From Candidatus Methanomethylophilaceae archaeon (GTDB taxonomy: Archaea > Thermoplasmatota > Thermoplasmata > Methanomassiliicoccales > Methanomethylophilaceae): DNA of 64,000 nt. The stretch lies in assembly GCA_944320495.1 (NCBI GenBank), contig CALUHR010000001.1:21697-85696 (forward strand), given 5' to 3'. Within the stretch, counting starts at the first letter, position 1. Every line of letters begins with the position of its first letter. Positions 41,608-52,151 of this stretch are shown piece by piece. The notes beneath the pieces were generated by a model. The model made no database searches, was not told the origin of the DNA, and worked only from the letters and a program-made list of their open reading frames with translations. The position numbers and the translations under genes were made by a program.

Positions 41608-42960
41608 TCACTGGAGGTCCTTGATGCTGTCGAGATCGATTCCGCCCATCTGCTTCATCATCATCTTGCGCATCTTGCGGTCCTTGCCGAACCTCTCCAT
41701 CGTGTTCTTGGTGGTGTTGTATTGCTTGAGAAGCTCGCGCACGTCGTGGACGGAGACGCCTGCGCCGGCGGCGATCCTCTCCACGCGCTTCGATTTGATG
41801 ATCTCGGGGTTCTCCTTTTCCTGGGGGGTCATGGAGTCCATGATCACGCGGAAGACCTCGAGCTTCTTCTGGGAGGCCTCGTAGTCGATCTTGTCCTCGT
41901 ATCCGCTCATCCCTGGGAGCATGCTCATGAGCTTCTGGAGGGTCCCCATCTTGCCGACGGCCTTCATCTGATAGTACATGTCGTTCAGATTGAACTTGCC
42001 CTTGGCGAGGCTCTTGGAGATCTGCTCGATCATCTCGTCGTCGCCCATCTCCTCGGTGGCGGTAGCGATGAGCGTGCCTATGTCGCCCATGCCGAGCAGG
42101 CGGCCGATGAACTTCTTGGCGTCGAAGGGCTCGAGGTCGCGTATGTGTTCCCCCACTCCGAGGAACACGATCCTCGCCTTGGTCTTGGACATGGCGGAGA
42201 TGGCGCCACCTCCCTTGGCGGTTCCGTCCATCTTCGTCAGGATGACCCCCGTGACGCCGACGGCGTTGTGGAAGGCCTCAGCCTGGGGTCCGGCCTGCTG
42301 ACCCACCTGGGAGTCGAGGACGAGGAGCCTTTCCTCGGGCTTCGCCACCTCGGCGATGCGCTTGATCTCCTCGATCAGGTCGTCCTCGAGGGCGTGTCTT
42401 CCGGACGTGTCGATGATGATGACCTTCTTGTCCTTGAAGTGGGCCATTCCGTGCTCGACAATCTTCGCTGCATCGGTCTCGCCGGGCTCCCCGTAGACCT
42501 CGACGTTGACCTTCTCTCCGAGCTGCTTCAGCTGGTCGAGAGCGGCGGGCCTGTATACGTCGGCGCCGATGAGTCCCACGGAGAGGTTCTTCTTCGAGAA
42601 GTAGAGTGCGAGCTTCCCCGTGGTAGTGGTCTTTCCCTGTCCGTACAGTCCGACCATCATGATCGTCTGCGGTTTGAGGGCCAGCCCTTCGCCGTTGTCG
42701 ACGAGCCTCACGAGCTCCTCGCGGATGATGTTGGTGAGGTGCTGCTTCATGCTGGTGCCCGCGGGGGGAGCATCCTCCTTCACCCTCTGCTTGATCCCGT
42801 TGGTGACGTCCAGGACCAGCTTGACGTTGACATCAGCTTCGAGCAGCGCGCGCTGCAGGTCCTTGCAGATGTCGTTGACCAGCTCGTCATCCACCGACGA
42901 TGCGTGGCCGACGCGGCCCATGACGTTCCTCAGAGATTTCCCGAGACCTTCCAAGACCAT
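41608..42960 (-). CDS. srp54: Signal recognition particle 54 kDa protein
   Basis: ALLEADV, GLYGQGKTTT, DTSGRH, TKMDGTAKGGG, Met-rich M domain. Confidence 0.96.
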   Translation of the reverse strand: MVLEGLGKSLRNVMGRVGHASSVDDELVNDICKDLQRALLEADVNVKLVLDVTNGIKQRVKEDAPPAGTSMKQHLTNIIREELVRLVDNGEGLALKPQTIMMVGLYGQGKTTTTGKLALYFSKKNLSVGLIGADVYRPAALDQLKQLGEKVNVEVYGEPGETDAAKIVEHGMAHFKDKKVIIIDTSGRHALEDDLIEEIKRIAEVAKPEERLLVLDSQVGQQAGPQAEAFHNAVGVTGVILTKMDGTAKGGGAISAMSKTKARIVFLGVGEHIRDLEPFDAKKFIGRLLGMGDIGTLIATATEEMGDDEMIEQISKSLAKGKFNLNDMYYQMKAVGKMGTLQKLMSMLPGMSGYEDKIDYEASQKKLEVFRVIMDSMTPQEKENPEIIKSKRVERIAAGAGVSVHDVRELLKQYNTTKNTMERFGKDRKMRKMMMKQMGGIDLDSIKDLQ

Positions 42961-43185
42961 CTGTATCGCGCGCCCATATGCGCGACTTAATATAAAGTGT
43001 AGCGAAGGAGAATCGGATAACGAGTAAGGTTGTGGGGACCGGCCAGATTATAAGAAGGGATGGGATGCACTCTACAGCCTGGCCGAATCCCAGCAAAACT
43101 CTATACTCCGAGAAGATATTTAAAAGTTATTGCAAAAATAAAGCATGGAGCTAATTTAGTTTCTGTTTGAAGTTTATAAAAGATT

Positions 43186-43203
43186 GGCGGGGCGAACCCC
43201 GCC
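43186..43203 (-). terminator. GGCGGGG-TTCG-CCCCGCC hairpin after the coiled-coil gene
   Basis: Perfect 7-bp stem with UUCG loop on the minus strand. Confidence 0.6.
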
Positions 43204-43212
43204 TGAAATGTT

Positions 43213-44196
43213 TCAGAGGTACCCGGACTTCTGCAGGGCCATGAGGTCCTCGGTGGAGAGCTTCTCTCCCGCCTTGAAGCGCTCGAAGATCTCCTTGGCC
43301 TCCTTCCTGCCCTCGACGTCGGCACGCCTCTTGTTGGCGCGGGCGCTGTTCTTCTTGCCGTGGAATCCGGCAGCGTCCCTGTCGATCTCGTGGACGGACT
43401 TGATCTGGGCGATGTGCTTGCGGTGCTCCTCGTCGGCAGCCTGCTTGCACTCGACGAACTTCGCCTGGGCGGCGTCGGCCTCCTTCCTGAGCCTGTCGGC
43501 CTGCTCGTAGAAGCCGATCATCTTGTCGTGAGCGGACTGGGCCTTCTCGGCGTACTCGGAGACCTGGTGGTGGTAGGTCTCGGCCTCGGCCTTGGCGTCC
43601 CTCAGCTGCTGGACGAGTCCTTTGACCTCGTCGTTCTCGGAGTAGGCCTTCTCCCTCTCCTCGATCTGCTTGGCGAGCAGGGAGATCTGCTTGACGATCT
43701 CGTTCTCCTTGTCCTTGCCCAGGGATTTGGTCATCTGGGTGTACTCGAGGTCCTGGAGTTGCTTCTTCAGCTGCTTGACGGGAACCTCGTTCCTGTCGTC
43801 GGACTTCTCGTTGCGGTAAGGCGCAAGCTGCTCCTTGAGGGCGCTGACCTTCTGGTTCCACTCGTCCCTGAGCTCTTTCGTCTCCCTTACCTTCTGGTTG
43901 AAGGAGTCGCGTTCCTCCCTGCACTTGCCTGCCTCGTCGACGAGCTCCCTGACCTGGGCGTTGAGAGCGTCCCTCTTGGACTTCCACTCCTTGGTCTGCG
44001 CGTTGAGCTCATCGCGCTTCTTCCTGTGCATGTCTGCCTCTTCGTTGAGGCTCTCGCGGTTCGCTTCCGGTGCCGCGGCTTCCTGAGTCGCAGTCTCCTC
44101 CGGGTTGCAGGGGGCATCTGTAGACTCAGTTACCATGACTTCCTGCTCCTCCATCTGAGAATCCTGCTGCTGTGCTTCCTCCGTAAAACCTTCCAT
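43213..44196 (-). CDS. Archaeal coiled-coil protein (COG1340-like)
   Basis: Heptad-rich, C-terminal GEKLSTEDLMALQ. Start ATG 44196 lies downstream of an in-frame CGA. Confidence 0.82.
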   Translation of the reverse strand: MEGFTEEAQQQDSQMEEQEVMVTESTDAPCNPEETATQEAAAPEANRESLNEEADMHRKKRDELNAQTKEWKSKRDALNAQVRELVDEAGKCREERDSFNQKVRETKELRDEWNQKVSALKEQLAPYRNEKSDDRNEVPVKQLKKQLQDLEYTQMTKSLGKDKENEIVKQISLLAKQIEEREKAYSENDEVKGLVQQLRDAKAEAETYHHQVSEYAEKAQSAHDKMIGFYEQADRLRKEADAAQAKFVECKQAADEEHRKHIAQIKSVHEIDRDAAGFHGKKNSARANKRRADVEGRKEAKEIFERFKAGEKLSTEDLMALQKSGYL

Positions 44197-44371
44197 AAAT
44201 CCACACTCAAACATTCGACGCGGCCATGATTTAAGCATGGCCCACTTCGTCGGAGGCTATCCGAATCTTGTTTATAAGGATTTTTATCGTCGACCCGCGG
44301 GGCCGATCGCTGGTCCTCCTTTATGCGTGCGACTATTTATCTATGGACATTCAATCGCCGGCCCGATTCAA

Positions 44372-45739
44372 ATGAGCAACGTCTGTCCCTTGGACTACAG
44401 GTACGGTCGCGAGGACATGAAGAATGTCTTCAGCGAGGACAGCCGCATACGCAACGAGATGCTCGTCGAGGCCGCCCTCGCCAGGGCGCACGCCTCTCTC
44501 GGCACCATCCCGCAGTCTGCGGCCGACGAGATCACCCGCGCTGCGACGCTGGACGTCGTCAGCGTCGACAGGATAAAGCAGATCGAGTCGGAGACCCGCC
44601 ACGACCTCATGGCCATGGTCAAGGCCGTGACCGAGAAGTGCGAGGGGGATGCCGGCAAGTACGTCCATCTCGGAGCAACATCAAACGACATCGTGGACAC
44701 AGCCACCGCCCTCCAGCTCAAGGAGGCCATGGGCATCGTCCTCGAGGACGTCGACAACCTGATCATGACGTTCGCCGCCCTGGCCAAGAGGGAGAGGGAC
44801 ACCCTCGAGATCGGCAGGACGCACGCGCAGTTCGCCATCCCGATCACCTACGGGTTCAAGGTCGCCGGATACATCGCGGAGATGATCAGGCACAGGGAGA
44901 GGATCATAGAGGCCATGCCCAGGGTGTGCGCCGGCAAGATGGCCGGTGCCGTCGGTACTGGAGCGGCCCTCGGAGCCAACTTCTTCGAGGTCCAGCGCAG
45001 GGTGATGTCCGATCTCGGGCTCACCTACGAGCCCGCGGCTACGCAGGTCGTCGGACGCGACAGGTACACCGAGGCCATATGCCTCATGGCGAACATCGCC
45101 GCATCCCTCGAGAGGTACTGCACCGAGGTCAGGAACCTCCAGAGGTCCGAGGTCGCCGAGGCGTCCGAGTACTTCGACGTGTCCAAGCAGGTGGGCAGCT
45201 CCACGATGGCTCAGAAGAGGAATCCGATGAACTCCGAGAACGTCTGCGGTCTGGCCCGCGTCATCCGCGGATTCGTCACGCCCGCCTTCGAGAGCCAGAT
45301 TCTCTGGCACGAGAGGGATCTGTGCAACTCCTCCACCGAGAGATTCACCCTGCCCCATGTGTTCGTCCTCATCGACGAGATTCTCAAGAAGACCGCCTGG
45401 ATCTACTCCGGGCTGGAGATCCATCGCGACAGGATGCTCGAGAACATCGAGTCCTCCCGCGGACTGGTCATGGCCGAGCCCCTCATGATGAAGCTCACCG
45501 AGAAGGGCATCGGCAGGCAGGACGCGCACGAGATCATCCGCTCATCCGCCATGGTCGCCGAGGACACCGGCAGGCACCTGAGGGATGTCCTGATGGAGAG
45601 GGAGGACCTCAAGGGTGTCCTCACCCCGGAGGAGATCGTCGCCACCATGGATGCCTCCAACTACGTTGGCGGAGCCAGGGAGATCGTCGACAAGATGGTC
45701 GCCGCCGCCGAGGACGTCGTTGGAAGGAAGGTCGAGCGA
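44372..45739 (+). CDS. purB: Adenylosuccinate lyase; ends at CGA 45737-45739
   Basis: PLDYRYG, TRHD, HLGATSND, GRTH, GSSTMAQKRNP signature. CGATG overlap with the next start. Confidence 0.95.
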
Positions 45740-45903
45740 TGGACAGGAAGCATCAGGGGCTCGTCCTCGGGGCGATCGTCGGAGCCGCGCTCTGCGCCTT
45801 CATGTACTTCGAGTCCCACAGCTGGGTGAGTCTCATACTGATCCCGATCGGCGCGCTCATGGGAGCAGCGCCCCAGTACCTCAGACCCAAGGACGAGGAC
45901 TGA
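45739..45903 (+). CDS. Small two-TM membrane protein (54 aa)
   Basis: MDRKHQGLVLGAIVGAALCAFMYF...LIPIGALMG...KDED. ATG shares its A with the purB CGA. Confidence 0.75.
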   Translation: MDRKHQGLVLGAIVGAALCAFMYFESHSWVSLILIPIGALMGAAPQYLRPKDED

Positions 45904-45915
45904 AAAAACGAAGAT

Positions 45916-45938
45916 GGGTCGGGGTTCCCTCCCGACCC
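45916..45938. terminator. Hairpin between convergent genes
   Basis: GGGTCGGG-(7 nt)-CCCGACCC. Confidence 0.55.
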
Positions 45939-45953
45939 TGTTTATCTCTATTA

Positions 45954-46379
45954 TCAGAGGACCTTCTTGCCGGCTTTCGGTCCGGGGGCGACGTTGTACA
46001 CGTCCTCGATGCACATCTTGACGAGGTGCTTGGCAGGGGCGGTCTCCATCCTGGAATGGGCGATGGTGACGGCCTTCTCGTAGTCGGAGCCGGAGTCCAA
46101 GATCTCGAGGGATCCCTTGACCTGCCAGCATCCGCCCTTGTACTCGGGGGACCAGAGGAAGAAGGACGCCTTGGGGTTCTCCTTCATGTTGGCGATGGTC
46201 TTGTCGAAGAAGTTGTCGATAATCCAGATCTTCCCGTCCTCGCCGGGGAAGAGCATCCCGACGGGTACGACGTTGGGGACGCCGTCCTTGCTGGCCGTGG
46301 CGAGGGAGAAGATGCGCATGGCCTTCATACACTCCTTCATCTCGGGGGTCAGCTCCTTGTCGCAGTTGTTGCACGACAT
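45954..46379 (-). CDS. Pyridoxamine 5'-phosphate oxidase-like FMN-binding protein
   Basis: LATASKDGVPNVVP, DNFFDKTIANMKENP, QVKG. Confidence 0.88.
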   Translation of the reverse strand: MSCNNCDKELTPEMKECMKAMRIFSLATASKDGVPNVVPVGMLFPGEDGKIWIIDNFFDKTIANMKENPKASFFLWSPEYKGGCWQVKGSLEILDSGSDYEKAVTIAHSRMETAPAKHLVKMCIEDVYNVAPGPKAGKKVL

Positions 46380-46497
46380 GAGGGACTAATCTAATTCCGG
46401 ATATTAACGGAGGAGCTTTGCGATAGGTGTTATCATTATCCTATTTGTATAATCAATGGAGAATTCTATTATAAGGGGAATTTTTTTAACGAGACTT

Positions 46498-47706
46498 ATG
46501 GCGCAGAAGGAGAGGATCTTCACAAGGGATTTCACCATAGATGCGGTAATCTCCCTCTGCTGTTCGCTGAACTACTTCACTCTGCTGATCAACATCACCG
46601 GGTATGCTTCGTTCGCCTTCGGAGCCGACCCTGCTGCCGGCGGGACCGCGGCGGGCATCTACGTCATCGGCGGGCTGCTGTCCCGTGTTCTCATAGGGAA
46701 GTACGTCGAGCTCGTCGGACGCAAGAAGATGCTGATCGCAGGTCTGCTCCTGGCCGTGGTCATGTCGGCATCGTACTTCTTCGTCACATCCATAGCCATG
46801 CTGTATGTCGTCCGCTTCATTCACGGGATGAGCTACGGTCTGAGCAGCACGTGCACGTCAGACATCGTGGCAAAGCTCGTCCCGCCCAGCAGGCGCGGCG
46901 AGGGTCTCGGTTACTTCTTCCTCGGAACTACCATCGCATGCGCCATCGGTCCCCTCCTGGGCATGAGCCTGGGTCAGGCGCATAACTACGACGGGGTGTT
47001 CACCGTGGGGTTGGTGATGTATTCGATCTCCCTGCTGCTCGCCCTTTTCATCCACGTCCCGGAGGAGGACCTCACCGAGGAGCAGAAGGCGGAGGCCAGG
47101 AGCTTCAGCGTGCACAACCTGTTCCAGTGGTCCGCGGTCCCCCTGGCCGTGACCGTCATGGTGTTCTACTTCTCCTACTCCGGGGTCCTCTCGTTCATTT
47201 CGGAGTACGCCGAGGAGATCGACATGGTCGAGGCGGCGACCTACTTCTATCTGGCCGTCGCCGCAGGCACCCTGATATCCAGGATATTCGCCGGGCGCAT
47301 CTATGATTCCAAAGGGCCGAACGTGGTCATGATTCCCGCGTTCATCTGCTTCATAGTCGGCATGGTGGTGTTCGCGGAGGCCCCGAACGAGGTCCTGTTC
47401 CTAGGAGCCGGGTTCATAATCGGATTCGCGATCTCGATCGTGTTCTCGATATGCCAGTCCATCGTCGTCGCCCGCAGCCCACCGAGGAGGTACGGGGTCA
47501 CCACGTCCACGTTCTCAGCTCTCAACGATCTGGGGACGGGGATCGGCCCCTCGGTCCTGGGGGTTCTGATCACCGCCATCGGCTATCAGAACATGTACCT
47601 CACATGTGCGGGTGTGGCCTGCGTCAGCATGCTGATGTACTGGACGATCCACGGCAGGAGGGAGGGCAACAGGCCCGGCCGCGACATCGTCCAGGACTCC
47701 GAATGA
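46498..47706 (+). CDS. MFS transporter (paralog 1)
   Basis: 12 TM, GRKKML motif A, PPSRRGEGLGYF, GIGP. Confidence 0.9.
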   Translation: MAQKERIFTRDFTIDAVISLCCSLNYFTLLINITGYASFAFGADPAAGGTAAGIYVIGGLLSRVLIGKYVELVGRKKMLIAGLLLAVVMSASYFFVTSIAMLYVVRFIHGMSYGLSSTCTSDIVAKLVPPSRRGEGLGYFFLGTTIACAIGPLLGMSLGQAHNYDGVFTVGLVMYSISLLLALFIHVPEEDLTEEQKAEARSFSVHNLFQWSAVPLAVTVMVFYFSYSGVLSFISEYAEEIDMVEAATYFYLAVAAGTLISRIFAGRIYDSKGPNVVMIPAFICFIVGMVVFAEAPNEVLFLGAGFIIGFAISIVFSICQSIVVARSPPRRYGVTTSTFSALNDLGTGIGPSVLGVLITAIGYQNMYLTCAGVACVSMLMYWTIHGRREGNRPGRDIVQDSE

Positions 47707-47766
47707 GGTTGTCGATGGACGGCCGATAAACATCAGGATATACCTGCTATCGCAATCAGTAATCTG

Positions 47767-48972
47767 ATGGGTCAGCAGAGACTATTCACGAAGGATTTCG
47801 TCCTCAACACGTTGGTGTCGTTCTGCTGCTATCTCAATTTCTACACGCTGCTCATCAATATGAACGGCTTCGCCTCCGATGAGTTTGGAGCCGATCCCGC
47901 CATGGGCGGCGTGGTAGCGGGAATCTATGTCATCGGCGGACTGCTAACCAGGGTCCTGCTCGGGAAATATGTCGAGATGTTCGGACGCAAGAGGATGCTG
48001 GTGTGCAGCCTCGTGCTGGCGGTGGTCATGTCCGTGTGTTATCTGATGGCAACATCGATGGTCATGCTCTGCATCGTGCGGCTGGTCCATGGGATGAGCT
48101 ATGGTCTGAGCAGCACGTGCACGTCGGACATAGCTGCCAAGCTGGTGCCACCCAGCAGGAGGGGCGAGGGTCTGGGGTATTTCTTCCTGAGCATCACCGT
48201 GTCCTGCGCGATAGGTCCGCTTCTGGGGATGACGTTGGGATCCTCCAACCACTATCAGGACGTGTTCATGGTCGCAATGGCAATGCAGATCCTGGCCCTT
48301 CTGATGGCCCTGCCGCTCCATGTTCCCGAGGAGAGGCTCTCGGAATCCCAAAAGAAGGAGGCCAGAAGCTTCAGGCTGAACAGTCTCCTGCAGGTCTCCG
48401 CTCTCCCGCTCTCGTTCACGGCCCTCATCTTCTTCTTCGCCTACTCGGGGGTTCTCGCCTTTCTTTCCGAGTATACGGCGGATATAGGGCTGTCCGATGT
48501 GGCCCCTTATTTCTACCTGGTCGTTGCCGCTGGTACGCTGGTGTCGAGGCTGTACGCCGGCAGGGTCTACGATATGAAGGGCTCCAACGTCGTGATGATC
48601 CCAGGATTCATCCTCTTCGTGCTCGGGATGGCAATCTTCGCCACGGTGCACAATGTCGTCGTGTTCATGATGTCGGGGTTCCTGATCGGAGTGGGAATCT
48701 CGATCATATTCGCGATTACTCAGTCCATCCTGGTTGCCCACAGTCCTCCGAGGAGGTACGGTGTCACCACGTCGACTTTCTCAGCTTTCGATGACCTTGG
48801 TACTGGAATAGGCCCATCCATACTCGGTATGCTGATAATGTCCATCGGTTACCAGGACATGTTCCTGCTATGTTCGGCCCTGGGATTGGTCAGTATGGCG
48901 ATGTACTGGGTCATCCACGGCAGGAAGGAGGGGGATAGCCCCGGCCGCGACATCGTCCAGGATTCGGATTGA
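47767..48972 (+). CDS. MFS transporter (paralog 2)
   Basis: Same motifs as paralog 1. Confidence 0.9.
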   Translation: MGQQRLFTKDFVLNTLVSFCCYLNFYTLLINMNGFASDEFGADPAMGGVVAGIYVIGGLLTRVLLGKYVEMFGRKRMLVCSLVLAVVMSVCYLMATSMVMLCIVRLVHGMSYGLSSTCTSDIAAKLVPPSRRGEGLGYFFLSITVSCAIGPLLGMTLGSSNHYQDVFMVAMAMQILALLMALPLHVPEERLSESQKKEARSFRLNSLLQVSALPLSFTALIFFFAYSGVLAFLSEYTADIGLSDVAPYFYLVVAAGTLVSRLYAGRVYDMKGSNVVMIPGFILFVLGMAIFATVHNVVVFMMSGFLIGVGISIIFAITQSILVAHSPPRRYGVTTSTFSAFDDLGTGIGPSILGMLIMSIGYQDMFLLCSALGLVSMAMYWVIHGRKEGDSPGRDIVQDSD

Positions 48973-48987
48973 GAATCGTGATGGAGG

Positions 48988-49073
48988 TGGTGTCGGAGAG
49001 GGGATTCGAACCCCTGAACCACTAAGGACAGGATCCTAAGTCCTGCATCTTTGGCCTGCTTGATTACCCCGAC
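48988..49073 (-). tRNA. tRNA-Leu, anticodon UAG, encoded CCA
   Basis: Acceptor GTCGGGG/CTCCGAC-A-CCA, anticodon stem CAGGA/TCCTG with loop CT-TAG-GA, variable arm, GGTTCGAATCC T-arm. Confidence 0.95.
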
Positions 49074-49269
49074 CTATGACCCTCCATTCGCTGGTCCGAT
49101 ATTAGGGTTGCGAGAATCACGGACGTCTCACGGAGTAGGCTACGAGCGGCTCTGGACATGCCATTGCTACAACGATCCAGTCTGTATTGTCATATCCATG
49201 CGGTCGATGGCTGGATGTCAGCCAATCGCGGGAATTCATTAATAAAGGTTATAGGTGAATACATCCAGC

Positions 49270-50475
49270 ATGCCCAAGGAGAAGATCTTCACCAAGGATT
49301 TCACCCTCGATTCGATCATCTCCTTCTGCTGTTCCCTGAACTACTTCATGCTGTTGATCAACATAGCGGGATTCGCCTCCGTTGAGTTCGGAGCCGATCC
49401 CGCTGCAGGCGGCATGGCTGCTGGAATCTACGTCATCGGCGGTCTGATCTCAAGGGTGTTCATCGGGAAGTACGTGGAGCTGTTCGGACGCAAGCGGATG
49501 CTCGTGATTAGCCTCCTCGCGGCAGCGCTGATGTCCGCATCCTATTTCTTCGTCTCATCGCTGATCATGCTGTTCGCAGTACGTTTCCTGCACGGCATGT
49601 GCTACGGTCTAAGCAGCACGTGCACATCAGACATCGTGGCAAAGCTAGTCCCGCCAAGCAGGCGCGGCGAGGGGCTGGGATACTTCTTCCTCAGCCTGAC
49701 CCTCTCATGCGCGATTGGTCCTCTGCTCGGAATGACCCTCGGGGCCTCCCAGAGTTATGACACCGTGTTCGCGATAGGTCTCGTCATGTACTCGGTCGCT
49801 CTGGTCATGGCTCTGATACTTCATGTCCCAGAGGAGGAGCTGACAGAGGGTCAGAAGGCCGAGGCAAGGAGCTTCGACATCCGCAACCTCTTCCAGGTGT
49901 CCGCAATCCCTCTGTCCCTCATGGTCATGGTATTCTACTTCGCCTACTCGGGGGTCCTCTCCTTTCTGGCGGAGTACGCCGAATTCCTGGACATCGTGGG
50001 CATAGCCTCGTTCTTTTACGTGGCAGTGGCGATCGGCACTCTGGTATCGAGGCTCTCAGCTGGAAGGATCTACGATGCCAGGGGCTCCAATATCGTCATG
50101 ATACCCGGTCTCCTGAGCTTTATCTCCGGCATGGTGATATTCGCCACGACGGACAACGAGATGCTCTTCCTGGGAGCAGGGCTCCTGATAGGGTTCGGGA
50201 TTTCCATCGTGTACTCGATAACCCAGTCCATCATCGTGGCCCACAGCCCGCCGAGGAGGTACGGCGTTACTATGTCCACCTACTCGGCCTTCGATGATCT
50301 CGGCTCCGGGATAGGTCCGTCCATCCTGGGTCTGCTTATCACGTCCGTGGGATTCCGCGACATGTACCTCTTCAGTGCAGGCGTGGCCTGCCTCAGCCTG
50401 CTGATGTATTGGGTCATCCACGGCAGGAGGGAGGGACGGACGCCCGGGTGCGAGATCAGGCCCGACACGGATTGA
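49270..50475 (+). CDS. MFS transporter (paralog 3)
   Basis: Same motifs as paralogs 1 and 2. Confidence 0.9.
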   Translation: MPKEKIFTKDFTLDSIISFCCSLNYFMLLINIAGFASVEFGADPAAGGMAAGIYVIGGLISRVFIGKYVELFGRKRMLVISLLAAALMSASYFFVSSLIMLFAVRFLHGMCYGLSSTCTSDIVAKLVPPSRRGEGLGYFFLSLTLSCAIGPLLGMTLGASQSYDTVFAIGLVMYSVALVMALILHVPEEELTEGQKAEARSFDIRNLFQVSAIPLSLMVMVFYFAYSGVLSFLAEYAEFLDIVGIASFFYVAVAIGTLVSRLSAGRIYDARGSNIVMIPGLLSFISGMVIFATTDNEMLFLGAGLLIGFGISIVYSITQSIIVAHSPPRRYGVTMSTYSAFDDLGSGIGPSILGLLITSVGFRDMYLFSAGVACLSLLMYWVIHGRREGRTPGCEIRPDTD

Positions 50476-50708
50476 ACGTAGCCCCGACTCATGACCCATG
50501 TGGGAGAGTAATCTGGATCTTCGGAATCCAATCGTGCCGTCATTAAATACGGGGTGCCAATCACCGTTCATGGTCCCGGCGGATGTGCCAGCCAGTATCG
50601 ATACGAGCCACGGTCTCATGGTCGCGCAATCAGTCAGTGGGACGTCAGGTCGTGACGATGCCCTCCGTTCCGATGTGGCATGTACGATTGGTCCGCGGAG
50701 GTCGTCGG

Positions 50709-52085
50709 TTGCCGAGCGATCACGAAATCTATGGTACGATGCAGGTCGGCCAGCTCTTCGCCAGATGCGCGGTTCCGGGCGTCATCTCTGGTCTGGTGTG
50801 GGCGCTCTGCTCCATCGCGGACGGGATCTTCGTGGGCAACTATCTCGGCAGCGATTCGCTGGCCGCCGTGAATCTGGCTTGGCCCGTCATGACCGTCGTC
50901 ATGGCGCTGGTGGATATGATAGCGGCCGGCTCCTCGGTCAGGATCTCGATGCATCTCGGCTCGGGGGATGTCGAATCAGCCAGGAGGGTCTTCTCGGGAT
51001 CGGTCCGGTTCATTGTCGTCATATCGGTTCTTTTCACCCTGTTCGGGGTGTTTCTCGCCGATCCGGTTGTACGCGTATTCGGCGCCGAAGGTGAGCTGGC
51101 CGAAGTCACTGCCCAGTACATCGCCGTATTCAGTCTGTTCGCTCCTGTGGGTCTGTTGTTCTTCGCCACGGACAACTACCTGAGGATATGCGGAGCCGTC
51201 GGGCTGAGCATGTGGATCAACGTGGGCGTCACGGTCCTCAACATAGGGCTCCTGGCACTGCTGATCGGCGTGATGGGGTACGGGACTTGGGCTAGCGCTT
51301 TCGCCACGGGCTTCAGCGTCTGCGTGGGTTCGGTGGTCGCCCTGGTCCCCTTTCTCCGCGGGAGGTACGTGCTCACATTCGTTAGGGGATGGATGGATCT
51401 GCGCACCACGGCCCGCGTGATGTACAACGGGATCTCCACGTTCTTCAACGGTGTCTCCGGGTCGCTCTACATGATGGTGGCTAACACTGTGCTCCTGGCG
51501 ATCGCGGGCAATGCCGGCGTCTCCTCCTTCGGGATCATCATGTACGTGAACTCGGTGATCGGGTCGCTGTTCTTCGGTACGGCGTCGGCCATGCAGCCGG
51601 CGCTCAGCTACAACCACGGTGCTGGCGACGGTCACAGGGTGAGGTCGCTTTCCGCGGTCATGTTCGCCGTGTCCATGGCGATGGGCGTCGGCATGTGCGC
51701 CGCATGCATCCTATTGGACGACGGTATCGTGTCTGTCTTCCTGAGCGACGGCGACTCATCCGTGGCGGCGATGGCCGCTGCCGGTCTCTCGATATATGCG
51801 TTCTCGTACCTCACGATGTGGGCGTCCACGGAGGTCAACCAGGTCCTGGCTGCGACGGACCTCCCGACGTACGCGCTGTCTGTCGGCGTGACGTCCCAGC
51901 TCGTCATACCGGTACTGCTCCTGCTCCCGATGTCGGAATGGGGGGTGGACGGCGTGTGGTGGTCGATGGTCCTTGGTTATGCGGTGTCCGCTGTGTTCGC
52001 GGCGGTCATGCTGTTCCTGGGCATCCGCAGGGGGATATTCTCGGCAGGATCCCCGTGCCCTCCGTCCGATCCCGATGCATTCCGA
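50709..52085 (+). CDS. MATE family efflux transporter; TTG start, ends at CGA 52083-52085
   Basis: DGIFVG..LG...LAAVNL, QPALSYNHGA. GGAGGT RBS before TTG. CGA precedes the iorA TATA-like CTATAAC. Confidence 0.85.
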
Positions 52086-52151
52086 GCCCCCGTCCGCACG
52101 CGCACCTATAACTAATGGAGACTGGATGCCAGACCCATCGAGGGTTTTCAA

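Noticed and set aside
46498-52085. Integrated element at tRNA-Leu
   Set aside because: No duplicated tRNA 3' end (att site) and no integrase found.
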